Source: Formosa sp. Hel1_33_131 (GTDB lineage: Bacteria > Bacteroidota > Bacteroidia > Flavobacteriales > Flavobacteriaceae). Taken from it: a stretch of 32,000 bases of DNA. The notes under the pieces were generated by a model. It was not told the origin of the DNA. It did no database searches and saw only the letters and a list, made by a program, of their open reading frames with translations. This document shows positions 10,481 to 18,543 of the stretch, piece by piece. The DNA is taken from NCBI RefSeq assembly GCF_001735745.1, contig NZ_CP017260.1, positions 750,001-782,000 of the forward strand, given 5' to 3'. The position numbers and the translations under genes are program-made. Every line of letters starts with the position of its first letter. The first letter of the stretch is position 1.

Positions 10481-10505
10481 CCACATTTTACCACATTTTA
10501 CCACA
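10481..10505 (-). promoter_or_regulatory. Three direct TGTGG repeats at 10-bp phasing; putative MraZ operator
   Basis: The plus strand reads CCACATTTTA CCACATTTTA CCACA, so the minus strand reads TGTGG TAAAA TGTGG TAAAA TGTGG. A triplicated GTGG/TGGG-type repeat with 5-nt spacers upstream of mraZ is the known MraZ-box architecture in E. coli and Firmicutes/Mollicutes. Confidence 0.65.
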
Positions 10506-10727
10506 ATGTTAATAAATTTCTATAAACGGCACATTAAACCGACAAACTGCAGCTTATTTTACTATAGAACGAAGGAGACCAATTACTTACAAAGTGGGAA
10601 GCGCTATTAACAATAGGCTGTTCATTACTTTTATTAGCATCAAATTGGGTTTTAAAGCGGTCTTAAAAACGCTAAAATCAATTGATAGATCCCTTTAAAT
10701 ATTCAAAATATTTTAAATTAAATTGTG

Positions 10728-10735
10728 TAGATTTG
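10728..10735 (+). promoter_or_regulatory. Putative -7 promoter box (TAGATTTG) for the hydrolase-engB unit
   Basis: Exact TAnnTTTG match 25 nt upstream of the ATG at 10761. Confidence 0.5.
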
Positions 10736-10760
10736 CCAGAGACCAATTTTTTGTATCAAT

Positions 10761-11525
10761 ATGAATTATAGTTTAAAACAAGAGGGGAAGTTCAACTATG
10801 TTGAAATCGGTGAAGGACGGCCAATTATAATTCTTCACGGATTGATGGGTGGCTTGAGTAATTTTGACGGCGTTGCTGAATTTTTCAGTAAAAACGGCTA
10901 CATGGTTGTACTGCCTGAACTCCCTTTATACTCTTTGTCTTTACTTAAAACGAATGTTAAAAGTTTTTCAAACTACCTGAATGACTTTATCGAGTTTAAA
11001 GGCTATAAAGATGTCATCCTAATTGGAAATTCGTTGGGAGGTCATGTAGGATTGTATTACACAAAACTATATCCTACAGAAGTAAAAGCACTTATAATCA
11101 CGGGAAGCTCTGGACTCTACGAAAGCGCTATGGGTGGTGGATACACAAAACGTAGCGACTACGAAGTCATGAAAGCGAAAGCACAAGAAGTGTTTTATGA
11201 TCCTGCAGTGGCCACCAAAACAATCGTTGATGAAGTTTATGAAACTGTAAATGACCGTAGCAAACTCATCAAAATACTAGCAATTGCTAAGAGTGCCATA
11301 CGCCACAACATGGCTAAAGATCTACCTAAAATCACAACTCCAACGTGTATAGTATGGGGTAAAAATGATATTGTAACTCCTCCAAATGTTGCTGAAGAGT
11401 TTGATAAATTACTTCCTGATTCAGATTTGTTTTGGATCGATAAATGTGGACATGCTTCTATGATGGAACACCCCGACCGATTTAATGAGATCGTGTTTGC
11501 ATGGCTCACCAAAAGAGGGATCTAA
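10761..11525 (+). CDS. Alpha/beta-fold hydrolase
   Basis: 254 aa. HGLMGG oxyanion-region motif, nucleophile elbow GNSLGG (GxSxG) and a C-terminal CGH with the catalytic His context. Confidence 0.8.
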   Translation: MNYSLKQEGKFNYVEIGEGRPIIILHGLMGGLSNFDGVAEFFSKNGYMVVLPELPLYSLSLLKTNVKSFSNYLNDFIEFKGYKDVILIGNSLGGHVGLYYTKLYPTEVKALIITGSSGLYESAMGGGYTKRSDYEVMKAKAQEVFYDPAVATKTIVDEVYETVNDRSKLIKILAIAKSAIRHNMAKDLPKITTPTCIVWGKNDIVTPPNVAEEFDKLLPDSDLFWIDKCGHASMMEHPDRFNEIVFAWLTKRGI

Positions 11526-11537
11526 AATTAAATAATT

Positions 11538-12164
11538 ATGCAAATTAAAACTGCTGAGTTTGTGATAAGCAACCAAATGGTTGAGAAATGCCCCACAAAC
11601 AACCTCCCAGAATACGCTTTTATTGGACGCAGTAACGTTGGCAAGTCATCGCTTATAAACATGCTTACCAATCAAAAAAACTTAGCAAAAACCTCTGGAC
11701 GCCCTGGAAAAACACAACTGATTAATCATTTCATAATTAATAAAGAATGGTTTTTGGTAGATTTACCTGGGTATGGGTATGCACGTGTTTCGAAGTCTGC
11801 TAAAAAAACATTTCAAAAATTTATTACGGCTTATTTTAGAGACCGTAAACAACTGATTTCAGCATTTGTTTTGGTTGACATACGCCACAAACCTCAACCC
11901 GTAGATTTAGCATTTATGCAGTGGCTAGGAGAACACAGCGTCCCATTTTCAATTGTATTTACGAAAGCGGACAAACTACGCCCTAAAGCGATTGAAGACC
12001 ACATTGACACTTATAAAAACATTCTTTTAGAAACTTGGGAAGAGCTCCCTAATTACTTCATCACCTCTTCCACAAATTACGCTGGAAAAGATGCGCTGTT
12101 AAACTACATCAACACGATTAACGAAGACCTCAATAATTCTACGGATAGATTGCCTTTTCAATAA
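11538..12164 (+). CDS. engB: Ribosome-biogenesis GTPase EngB (YihA/YsxC)
   Basis: 208 aa. G1 GRSNVGKSS, G3 DLPGYG and G4 TKADK motifs, in the typical EngB order and length. Confidence 0.9.
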   Translation: MQIKTAEFVISNQMVEKCPTNNLPEYAFIGRSNVGKSSLINMLTNQKNLAKTSGRPGKTQLINHFIINKEWFLVDLPGYGYARVSKSAKKTFQKFITAYFRDRKQLISAFVLVDIRHKPQPVDLAFMQWLGEHSVPFSIVFTKADKLRPKAIEDHIDTYKNILLETWEELPNYFITSSTNYAGKDALLNYINTINEDLNNSTDRLPFQ

Positions 12165-13800
12165 CAGCTCCTGTAGCACCGCTTGGAAAAGCTATTCCTA
12201 AAAGCGCCGAGATCGTTGGAGAAATATCGGTCACACTCGTACGTTCATAGGTTTTGCCGGGCTGAATTCCGTTGCCATAAAACAATAAGGGTACATGGGT
12301 GTCATAGTTAAATCCAGACCCGTGTGTCGTTCCTTTTGGTCCATAAGAAATTACCCCCGATTCAAGAGTATATAGGACATCTCCAGAAAGTTTTTGGTTA
12401 TAGCCATTCTGAAGCATCTTTTCGACACCCTCTTTAAAATAACGCGTTTGCATCATAGTGGCGGTATAAGCCTTCTTAATATGTGGGTAACCGATAATTT
12501 CATTGACAACAAATTTTTGCACAGCTTCTAAATCGAGTTTCAGTGCAGTAATGCGTTCCTGATTTAAAAACACTTGATTGTTACTGATTTTCTTAACTAG
12601 GTCGGAAACGCCATATTTCTTTTGAAGATTCGTGTATAAGGACGCAAAACTATTTTGAGGCACATAGCCACTAGGAATATGTATATCGGTCAGAAAAGAA
12701 GGCACGTCTGCAGCCCCGTGATCGGAGGTTAAAAATACAGTATAGTTTCCAGCCCCAACCTTAGCATCTAAATAGTTGAGCAAACGTTCAAGTTCTAAAT
12801 CTAAACGCAAATAGGTGTCTTGAAGCTCTACCGAATTGACTCCAAAATTATGTCCAATATAATCTGTAGAGGAATAACTTACCGTTAAAAAATCAGTATA
12901 ATCGTCAGTTCCTAAGTTTTCCGCTTCAATAGCAGACATTGCAAAATCGGTAATCATTGTGTTTCCAAAAGGGGTGCTTTTAATAATATCAAAGCCGCCA
13001 TTGTATTCCATCAATGCATTTAAATCATACGGAAACTCAGGAGTTAATTTCCCTTTAAAGCCTTGCTCATAATCTGAAGCATCGGGACCACTTTCTCCAT
13101 AAAGATTAATGTCATAAAGCGTATTCCATGTCTTTACATAGTTGGCTATTTTAGAAGGTGCATTAAAGTCTATAACCCACTGTGGAAGTGCATCCATATA
13201 ATAGGTGCTTGTCATCCACTTGCCTTCATTTAAACCTTCAAACCAATAGGCTCCATTGGCAGTATGTCCTGAAGGAAATACAGCTCCACGGTCTTTGATA
13301 GAGACGCCGATTGTTTTTCCTTTCATTTGAGTGAACAACCTATTCTGATCGGCAAGGGTTGTTACTTTCATATTACGGGGAGACACTTGCCCGTATTTGG
13401 TAGTAGCACCAACAGGCACATAATCTAGATCGGTTGTACAATAGACGGTCGCATTTTTCTCTTTATCGTACCAACTATTTCCAATGATTCCATGCACACT
13501 TGGAGTGGCCCCTGTAAAAATGGAAGCATGGCCTGGGCCTGTATAAGTTGGAATGAAATTGAAATGATGGTTATTACAACTATACCCTTGATTGATCAAT
13601 CTTAAAAACCCATTGGAGGTATATTTATTTTTGAAACGGTTTAAATAATCAAAACGCATTTGATCGACCACAACACCCACCACCAATTTTGGCTGCGATG
13701 CTATTTCACCAGAATTACTGGATATTGAATTATCAGAATTATTTTTACAAGAAAAGACACCTAAAAACAATAACAGGAAAATAAATTTTGAAAACTTCAT
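12139..13800 (-). CDS. Alkaline-phosphatase-superfamily enzyme (nucleotide pyrophosphatase/phosphodiesterase-like), predicted lipoprotein
   Basis: 553 aa. Signal peptide ending LGVFSC (lipobox-like Cys). Metal/nucleophile motifs VVDQMRFDY, PTYTGPGHASIFTG (Thr nucleophile context) and LTSDHG. Confidence 0.75.
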   Translation of the reverse strand: MKFSKFIFLLLFLGVFSCKNNSDNSISSNSGEIASQPKLVVGVVVDQMRFDYLNRFKNKYTSNGFLRLINQGYSCNNHHFNFIPTYTGPGHASIFTGATPSVHGIIGNSWYDKEKNATVYCTTDLDYVPVGATTKYGQVSPRNMKVTTLADQNRLFTQMKGKTIGVSIKDRGAVFPSGHTANGAYWFEGLNEGKWMTSTYYMDALPQWVIDFNAPSKIANYVKTWNTLYDINLYGESGPDASDYEQGFKGKLTPEFPYDLNALMEYNGGFDIIKSTPFGNTMITDFAMSAIEAENLGTDDYTDFLTVSYSSTDYIGHNFGVNSVELQDTYLRLDLELERLLNYLDAKVGAGNYTVFLTSDHGAADVPSFLTDIHIPSGYVPQNSFASLYTNLQKKYGVSDLVKKISNNQVFLNQERITALKLDLEAVQKFVVNEIIGYPHIKKAYTATMMQTRYFKEGVEKMLQNGYNQKLSGDVLYTLESGVISYGPKGTTHGSGFNYDTHVPLLFYGNGIQPGKTYERTSVTDISPTISALLGIAFPSGATGAVIEKAIYP

Positions 13801-13819
13801 AATAAGGTTTATTAAGCAT

Positions 13820-13827
13820 CAAAAATA
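13820..13827 (-). promoter_or_regulatory. Putative -7 promoter box (TATTTTTG) for the phosphatase-family gene
   Basis: Exact TAnnTTTG match on the minus strand, 19 nt upstream of the ATG at 13800. Confidence 0.5.
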
Positions 13828-13865
13828 CATTTTTTTAATGATTCCATTTTAATAAGGATAAATTA

Positions 13866-14642
13866 ATGGTTAGATTTTTTTACTTTAGCAGCAATTATAA
13901 TTTCATGAACTACCTCCACAATATTGGGTCTTATTTTTTAATGATTGGCGAAATGTTTCGCAAGCCGACCAAATGGTCTGTTATGAAACAATTGATCCTT
14001 AAGGATGTCGAAGATTTAATTGTCGGCTCTATTGGTATTGTGGCCTTTATATCGTTTTTTGTTGGCGGAGTTGTCACCATACAAACGGCACTTAACATTG
14101 ACAACCCATTGATTCCAAAATACCTTGTCGGTTTTGCAACACGACAATCTGTTATTTTAGAATTTGCTCCCACCTTTATCTCTGTTATTATGGCGGGGAA
14201 AATGGGCTCCTTTATCACTTCTAGCATCGGAACCATGCGTGTTACCGAACAAATCGATGCCTTAGAAGTGATGGGAATCAACTCTGTGAATTACTTAGTC
14301 TTTCCAAAAGTTATTGCGCTACTACTCTATCCTTTTGTGATTTCGATCGCTATGTTTTTAGGAATTATTGGCGGAATGGCTGCCTGCGTTTATGGCGGGT
14401 TCTCAAGTTTTGAAGATTATGTGACTGGAGTTCAAATGGATTTCATTCCTTTTCATATGGCGTATGCTTTTATCAAAACATTTGTATTTGCCTTTTTACT
14501 CGCTACCATCCCATCATTTCATGGCTATTATATGAAAGGTGGCGCACTTGAGGTAGGCAAAGCAAGTACCACGGCTTTTGTTTGGACAAGCGTGTCCATC
14601 ATACTCTTAAATTATATTTTAACTCAAATGTTACTAAGCTAA
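13866..14642 (+). CDS. mlaE: MlaE-family ABC transporter permease
   Basis: 258 aa with about 5 TM segments. Resembles MlaE/DUF140-type permeases and is translationally coupled (TAATG) to an ATPase. The start is ambiguous: ATG 13866 or ATG 13905 (MNYLHNIGSYF...). Confidence 0.75.
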   Translation: MVRFFYFSSNYNFMNYLHNIGSYFLMIGEMFRKPTKWSVMKQLILKDVEDLIVGSIGIVAFISFFVGGVVTIQTALNIDNPLIPKYLVGFATRQSVILEFAPTFISVIMAGKMGSFITSSIGTMRVTEQIDALEVMGINSVNYLVFPKVIALLLYPFVISIAMFLGIIGGMAACVYGGFSSFEDYVTGVQMDFIPFHMAYAFIKTFVFAFLLATIPSFHGYYMKGGALEVGKASTTAFVWTSVSIILLNYILTQMLLS

Positions 14643-15406
14643 TGATTGAAGTCAAAAATCTACATAAATCATTTGGAGACACTAAAGTCTTAAAAGGGAT
14701 TTCTACCATCTTTGAATCAGGAAAAACCAATCTCATCATTGGACAAAGTGGTTCTGGAAAAACGGTTTTATTAAAGTGTTTGCTTGGGCTTTTTGATTAT
14801 GAAAAAGGCAGTATTGCATATGATGAAAAATTATTTTTAAGTCTTTCCGATAATGAAAAAAGAACACTGCGTTCACAAATAGGTATGGTCTTTCAAGGTG
14901 GAGCATTGTTTGACTCGCTAACAATTGCTGAGAACGTTATGTTTCCTTTGAGAATGTTTACAAAACAATCGCGAAGCGAGATGGAAGACCGTGTAAATTC
15001 TGCTTTGAAACGCGTAAACTTGGACGATGCACACACCAAAATGCCCAGTGAAGCTTCTGGTGGAATGCAAAAACGGGTGGCAATCGCAAGAGCCATTGTA
15101 AACAATCCTAGATATTTGTTTTGTGACGAGCCAAACTCTGGCTTAGACCCTAAGACAGCCATTGTCATTGACAATCTGATTCAAGAAATTACACACGAAA
15201 ATAATATTGTAACAGTAATCAATACGCATGACATGAATTCGGTCATGGAAATTGGTCAAAACATTCTATTTTTAAAAGACGGACTTAAATCTTGGGAAGG
15301 CAGTAAAGACACCATTTTTAAGACGGATAACGAGGTTGTAACAGATTTTGTGTACTCTTCTAACTTATTCAAAAAAGTCCGTAAAATGTACTTAGAAGAT
15401 CACTAG
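14642..15406 (+). CDS. mlaF: ABC transporter ATP-binding protein (MlaF-like)
   Basis: Walker A GQSGSGKT, signature ASGGMQKRV and Walker B LFCDEP. I place the start at ATG 14642 (MIEVKNLHKSFG, overlapping the mlaE stop as TAATG) rather than the track start at 14582. Confidence 0.85.
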   Translation: MIEVKNLHKSFGDTKVLKGISTIFESGKTNLIIGQSGSGKTVLLKCLLGLFDYEKGSIAYDEKLFLSLSDNEKRTLRSQIGMVFQGGALFDSLTIAENVMFPLRMFTKQSRSEMEDRVNSALKRVNLDDAHTKMPSEASGGMQKRVAIARAIVNNPRYLFCDEPNSGLDPKTAIVIDNLIQEITHENNIVTVINTHDMNSVMEIGQNILFLKDGLKSWEGSKDTIFKTDNEVVTDFVYSSNLFKKVRKMYLEDH

Positions 15407-15409
15407 TTC

Positions 15410-16843
15410 TTAGTTACTAATTACCTCAACATCTTCAACATTAAGCTCTTGTTCAATCCACGTTTTTAAAGCTTGTTTTCTGAGCATCACTAGACTGTCT
15501 GATAAGACAGAATTCCATTGTGTTTTTACCAGCGTAATCGTATCTGTATTCCTAAAGTTTGAGGACGCCAACATTTTTGCATAGCCAAAAGATTCTAAAT
15601 CAGAAAACTGAATCTTCGCATCTTTAGAAAGGTTTAAAAACACATTCGAATCCATTTCACTTTTATGAGAACTGAGTACGAGTTTCAGACTGTCAATGTG
15701 GAGTTCACGCGCAGCAATGATACTGTCTCGTTTTTCGATTTTATCAATCGCCCTGTCGTAGAGCTCCAAAATTTTATCTACACTTCTATTTTTGTTACCG
15801 TTGATGGTCAAACTAAAATCTTGAAGATACTCATAACCTTTCAACTCATTTATCAAATCTGATTTAGTAGCCTCTGTAATTTCACCATTAAAATTCAGCG
15901 TGATTATTTTTTCATCCATATCTATTTTCTCGCGTTGAAGCCAAAGGTTGTTATTCGAAGTGATTTCAGTTTCTAAATAGGATGTATAATCCGCTTGATA
16001 GCGTGTTTCTCTTAGAACCTCAACAAACGTCCAACCTGCAGGAAGCATCGCTGCTAAGGCAAGAATAGATGTGATCCGAACAATGTTTTTTCGACGTTGA
16101 GAGTTGACATATCTCAACATCGGAAAGCGTAGAATTTTTAAAACAATAAATGTGGCTAGGGCAATGAAAATCGTATTGATTGCAAACAAATACATGGCTC
16201 CAAAAAAGTAATCAAAATTTCCTTGAGACAAGCCATACCCCGCTGTACACAGAGGCGGCATTAGGGCGGTGGCAATTGCCACACCAAAAATTACAGAGGC
16301 AACTGTCCCCTTTTTGGTTCTTGCAATGATGAGCGCAAGCCCACCAAAAAATGCAATAAGCACATCTCTAATGTCGGGTTTGACACGCCCCAATAATTCA
16401 GAATTATCTTGACTTAAAGGAAAAAGGTAAAAGAATAAAAAGGCGGTTAACAAACTCAAAACGACCATGGTCGCAAAATTAATCAAGGATTTTCTGAGGG
16501 TGTCTATATCATGAATGGCAATGGACATTCCAATTCCAAGAATGGGGCCCATAAGGGGAGAAATTAACATCGCTCCAATCACCACGGCGGTCGAATTTGC
16601 ATTCAACCCAACGGACGCCACAAAGATGGAACAAATCAGAATCCAAGCTGTTGCTCCTTTAAAAGGAATATCAGCTTTAATCGCCGCTACTGTGGCCTCA
16701 CGATCTGTGTCATGTCTAAAATCTAAGAGTTCAATAATGAATATTTTCAACGATGCCCAAAGTCCTTTGGCATCCTCTTTAACCGCTTTTTTCGATTGCT
16801 CGGTTTTAGCGTCTTCTAACTCTTGATTTAGATTGTTGTCCAT
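15410..16843 (-). CDS. DUF389-family integral membrane protein with a roughly 200-aa soluble C-terminal extension
   Basis: 477 aa. The central part has multiple TM helices with the Gly/Pro-rich DUF389-like blocks MLISPLMGPILGIG and ALMPPLCTAGYG. The C-terminal third has no hydrophobic segments. Confidence 0.65.
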   Translation of the reverse strand: MDNNLNQELEDAKTEQSKKAVKEDAKGLWASLKIFIIELLDFRHDTDREATVAAIKADIPFKGATAWILICSIFVASVGLNANSTAVVIGAMLISPLMGPILGIGMSIAIHDIDTLRKSLINFATMVVLSLLTAFLFFYLFPLSQDNSELLGRVKPDIRDVLIAFFGGLALIIARTKKGTVASVIFGVAIATALMPPLCTAGYGLSQGNFDYFFGAMYLFAINTIFIALATFIVLKILRFPMLRYVNSQRRKNIVRITSILALAAMLPAGWTFVEVLRETRYQADYTSYLETEITSNNNLWLQREKIDMDEKIITLNFNGEITEATKSDLINELKGYEYLQDFSLTINGNKNRSVDKILELYDRAIDKIEKRDSIIAARELHIDSLKLVLSSHKSEMDSNVFLNLSKDAKIQFSDLESFGYAKMLASSNFRNTDTITLVKTQWNSVLSDSLVMLRKQALKTWIEQELNVEDVEVISN

Positions 16844-16845
16844 AA

Positions 16846-17931
16846 TTAAATGTGTTGGTCTCCAAATTTTTGCTTCACGCGTTCGCGTAATTGCTTAATG
16901 TCTTGTTCTTTACTCTTCGGAAAGATAAGTAAAATTTCTTTTTCTTCCACTACTATAAAATCATCTAAGCCTTCAAGCACGACTATTTTATTTGTGTCTG
17001 TTTTAACCATATTCCCTGAAGAATTCTCAGCCAATAAACGTGCATTGACCACCGCATTTTCGGTTGGAGTCTCAGATATCTTGTCATACAAACTCCCCCA
17101 AGTTCCTAAATCATTCCAATCAAAAGTGGCAGGAATGACATATACATTTTCGCTGGGTTCCATGATCGCATAATCCACGGAAATGTTTTCTGCATTCTTA
17201 TAATTCTCCAACACAAAAGCGGCTTCGGAGTCGGTATTATAATCGTTTAATCCATCTGCAAAAAGAGTGTATAATTTTGGTTGATGTGTTTCAAACGCTT
17301 TTAACACACTGGCGGTGGACCAAATGAAAATTCCGCCATTCCAAAGAAAATTACCTTGCTCCAAAAAGCCTTTGGCTGTTTCGTAATTTGGTTTTTCTCG
17401 AAATTGAAGCACTTTCTTTTCAGCGTTGTTGTTTGATTTATCGTATTCAATATACCCATAACCGGTATTTGCAAAGGTTGGTTGGATTCCTAAAGTCATC
17501 AACACATCTGATTTTTCAGAAAAATCAAACGCACTTTGAAGGTTCGAAATAAACGCCGATTCATCCTCAATCCAGTGATCACTCGGTGCGACAACCATGA
17601 CAGCCTCTGGATTTTGTTTGTGAATTTTTAGCGATGCCATTAAAATACAAGGAGCCGTGTTCCGCATGGCAGGCTCCGCAATTATTTGGTTTTTATTAAT
17701 TTGAGGCAATTGCTCAAGCACCAAATCGCAATAGCGTTCATTGGTTAAAATAAGGATGTTTTCTTTTGGAATCAAACCTTCTAAACGGGAGGCTGTCTTC
17801 TGTAAAAGTGTCTGACCTGTTCCAAGCATGTCGTGGAATTGTTTTGGAAACGACTCCTTACTCACTGGCCAAAATCGAGAGCCAACACCGCCGGCCATTA
17901 TAATTGCATAATAATTTTTATTCATCTTCAT
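16846..17931 (-). CDS. Mannose-1-phosphate guanylyltransferase (nucleotidyltransferase domain only)
   Basis: 361 aa. N-terminal GGVGSRFWPVS sugar-nucleotidyltransferase signature. There is no C-terminal cupin/PMI domain. Confidence 0.8.
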   Translation of the reverse strand: MKMNKNYYAIIMAGGVGSRFWPVSKESFPKQFHDMLGTGQTLLQKTASRLEGLIPKENILILTNERYCDLVLEQLPQINKNQIIAEPAMRNTAPCILMASLKIHKQNPEAVMVVAPSDHWIEDESAFISNLQSAFDFSEKSDVLMTLGIQPTFANTGYGYIEYDKSNNNAEKKVLQFREKPNYETAKGFLEQGNFLWNGGIFIWSTASVLKAFETHQPKLYTLFADGLNDYNTDSEAAFVLENYKNAENISVDYAIMEPSENVYVIPATFDWNDLGTWGSLYDKISETPTENAVVNARLLAENSSGNMVKTDTNKIVVLEGLDDFIVVEEKEILLIFPKSKEQDIKQLRERVKQKFGDQHI

Positions 17932-18531
17932 TTATTCATTTACTAATTCAACTTCTGCATTGGGGTTAAAAACATACAACCGACCAGAGGCCAATTCTGT
18001 ACATTCAAAACGGGTTCTTCTTTTAGGGCCTTTCTGGAACAATTTACCATTATACAATCGAAAGGTGGTTCCTTCTGGCACCTCAAAGATAAATGTTTTT
18101 CCGTTAGGGGCATCGTATTGCTTGAGCTTCAAGGCTAAAACAGTATCCGAGTCGCTACTTGCTTTTGGGTTTTTGAAATGTCTTGCTAATAACGGTAACA
18201 CATCCATTGGAAAAATCTCAGGTCTTAAAAAAGGCAACATTAAATGTTGAAATACCGATTTCCATTCGAGCCCATGTGGCTTGATCATTTTACCATAAGA
18301 TTTGTACGCTTCAAAATGAGCGATTTCATGAATCAATGTTATTAAAAACCGATAGGTATTCAAATTGGAATTGATGGTGATTTGATGTTTCCCATTGGGC
18401 AAACGTCGGTAGTCCCCATGACGGGTTTTGCGCTCTTGCTTAATTTTAACCACTAAGTTATCGTGTGACAACAACTGTGTTACTTGGTCAAAAGCAGCCT
18501 GTGGAATAAAATTTTGTAAAACGTGAACCAT
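17932..18531 (-). CDS. SprT-like zinc metalloprotease domain protein
   Basis: 199 aa. HExxH motif in LIHEIAHFEAY, with length and layout like SprT-family proteins. Confidence 0.65.
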   Translation of the reverse strand: MVHVLQNFIPQAAFDQVTQLLSHDNLVVKIKQERKTRHGDYRRLPNGKHQITINSNLNTYRFLITLIHEIAHFEAYKSYGKMIKPHGLEWKSVFQHLMLPFLRPEIFPMDVLPLLARHFKNPKASSDSDTVLALKLKQYDAPNGKTFIFEVPEGTTFRLYNGKLFQKGPKRRTRFECTELASGRLYVFNPNAEVELVNE

Positions 18532-18543
18532 AAAACCTAAAAA

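Noticed and set aside
10481-10505. The CCACATTTTA tandem repeat as a mini-CRISPR, an IS terminal repeat or replication slippage.
   Set aside because: There are only 2.5 units of 10 bp with no spacers or associated genes. The location and GTGG core fit an MraZ operator much better.
10506-10610. A 34-codon ORF (MLINFYKRHIKPTNCSLFYYRTKETNYLQSGKRY) starting right after the MraZ boxes on the plus strand.
   Set aside because: I estimate roughly a 10% chance of a stop-free run of this length in AT-rich sequence. There is no promoter box upstream and no recognisable peptide features. It would need conservation or Ribo-seq evidence.
13866-13904. Whether the first 13 codons of mlaE (MVRFFYFSSNYNF) are real.
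   Set aside because: This cannot be decided from the sequence alone. Both ATGs (13866 and 13905) are upstream of the first TM segment. The longer ORF is reported, with the ambiguity noted.
14582-14641. A 20-codon N-terminal extension of the ABC ATPase (MDKRVHHTLKLYFNSNVTKL) as drawn in the ORF track.
   Set aside because: It overlaps the last 60 nt of mlaE. ABC ATPases of this type begin directly with M-I-E/x-V-x-N-L-x-K-x-F-G, and ATG 14642 forms a TAATG coupling junction with the mlaE stop.
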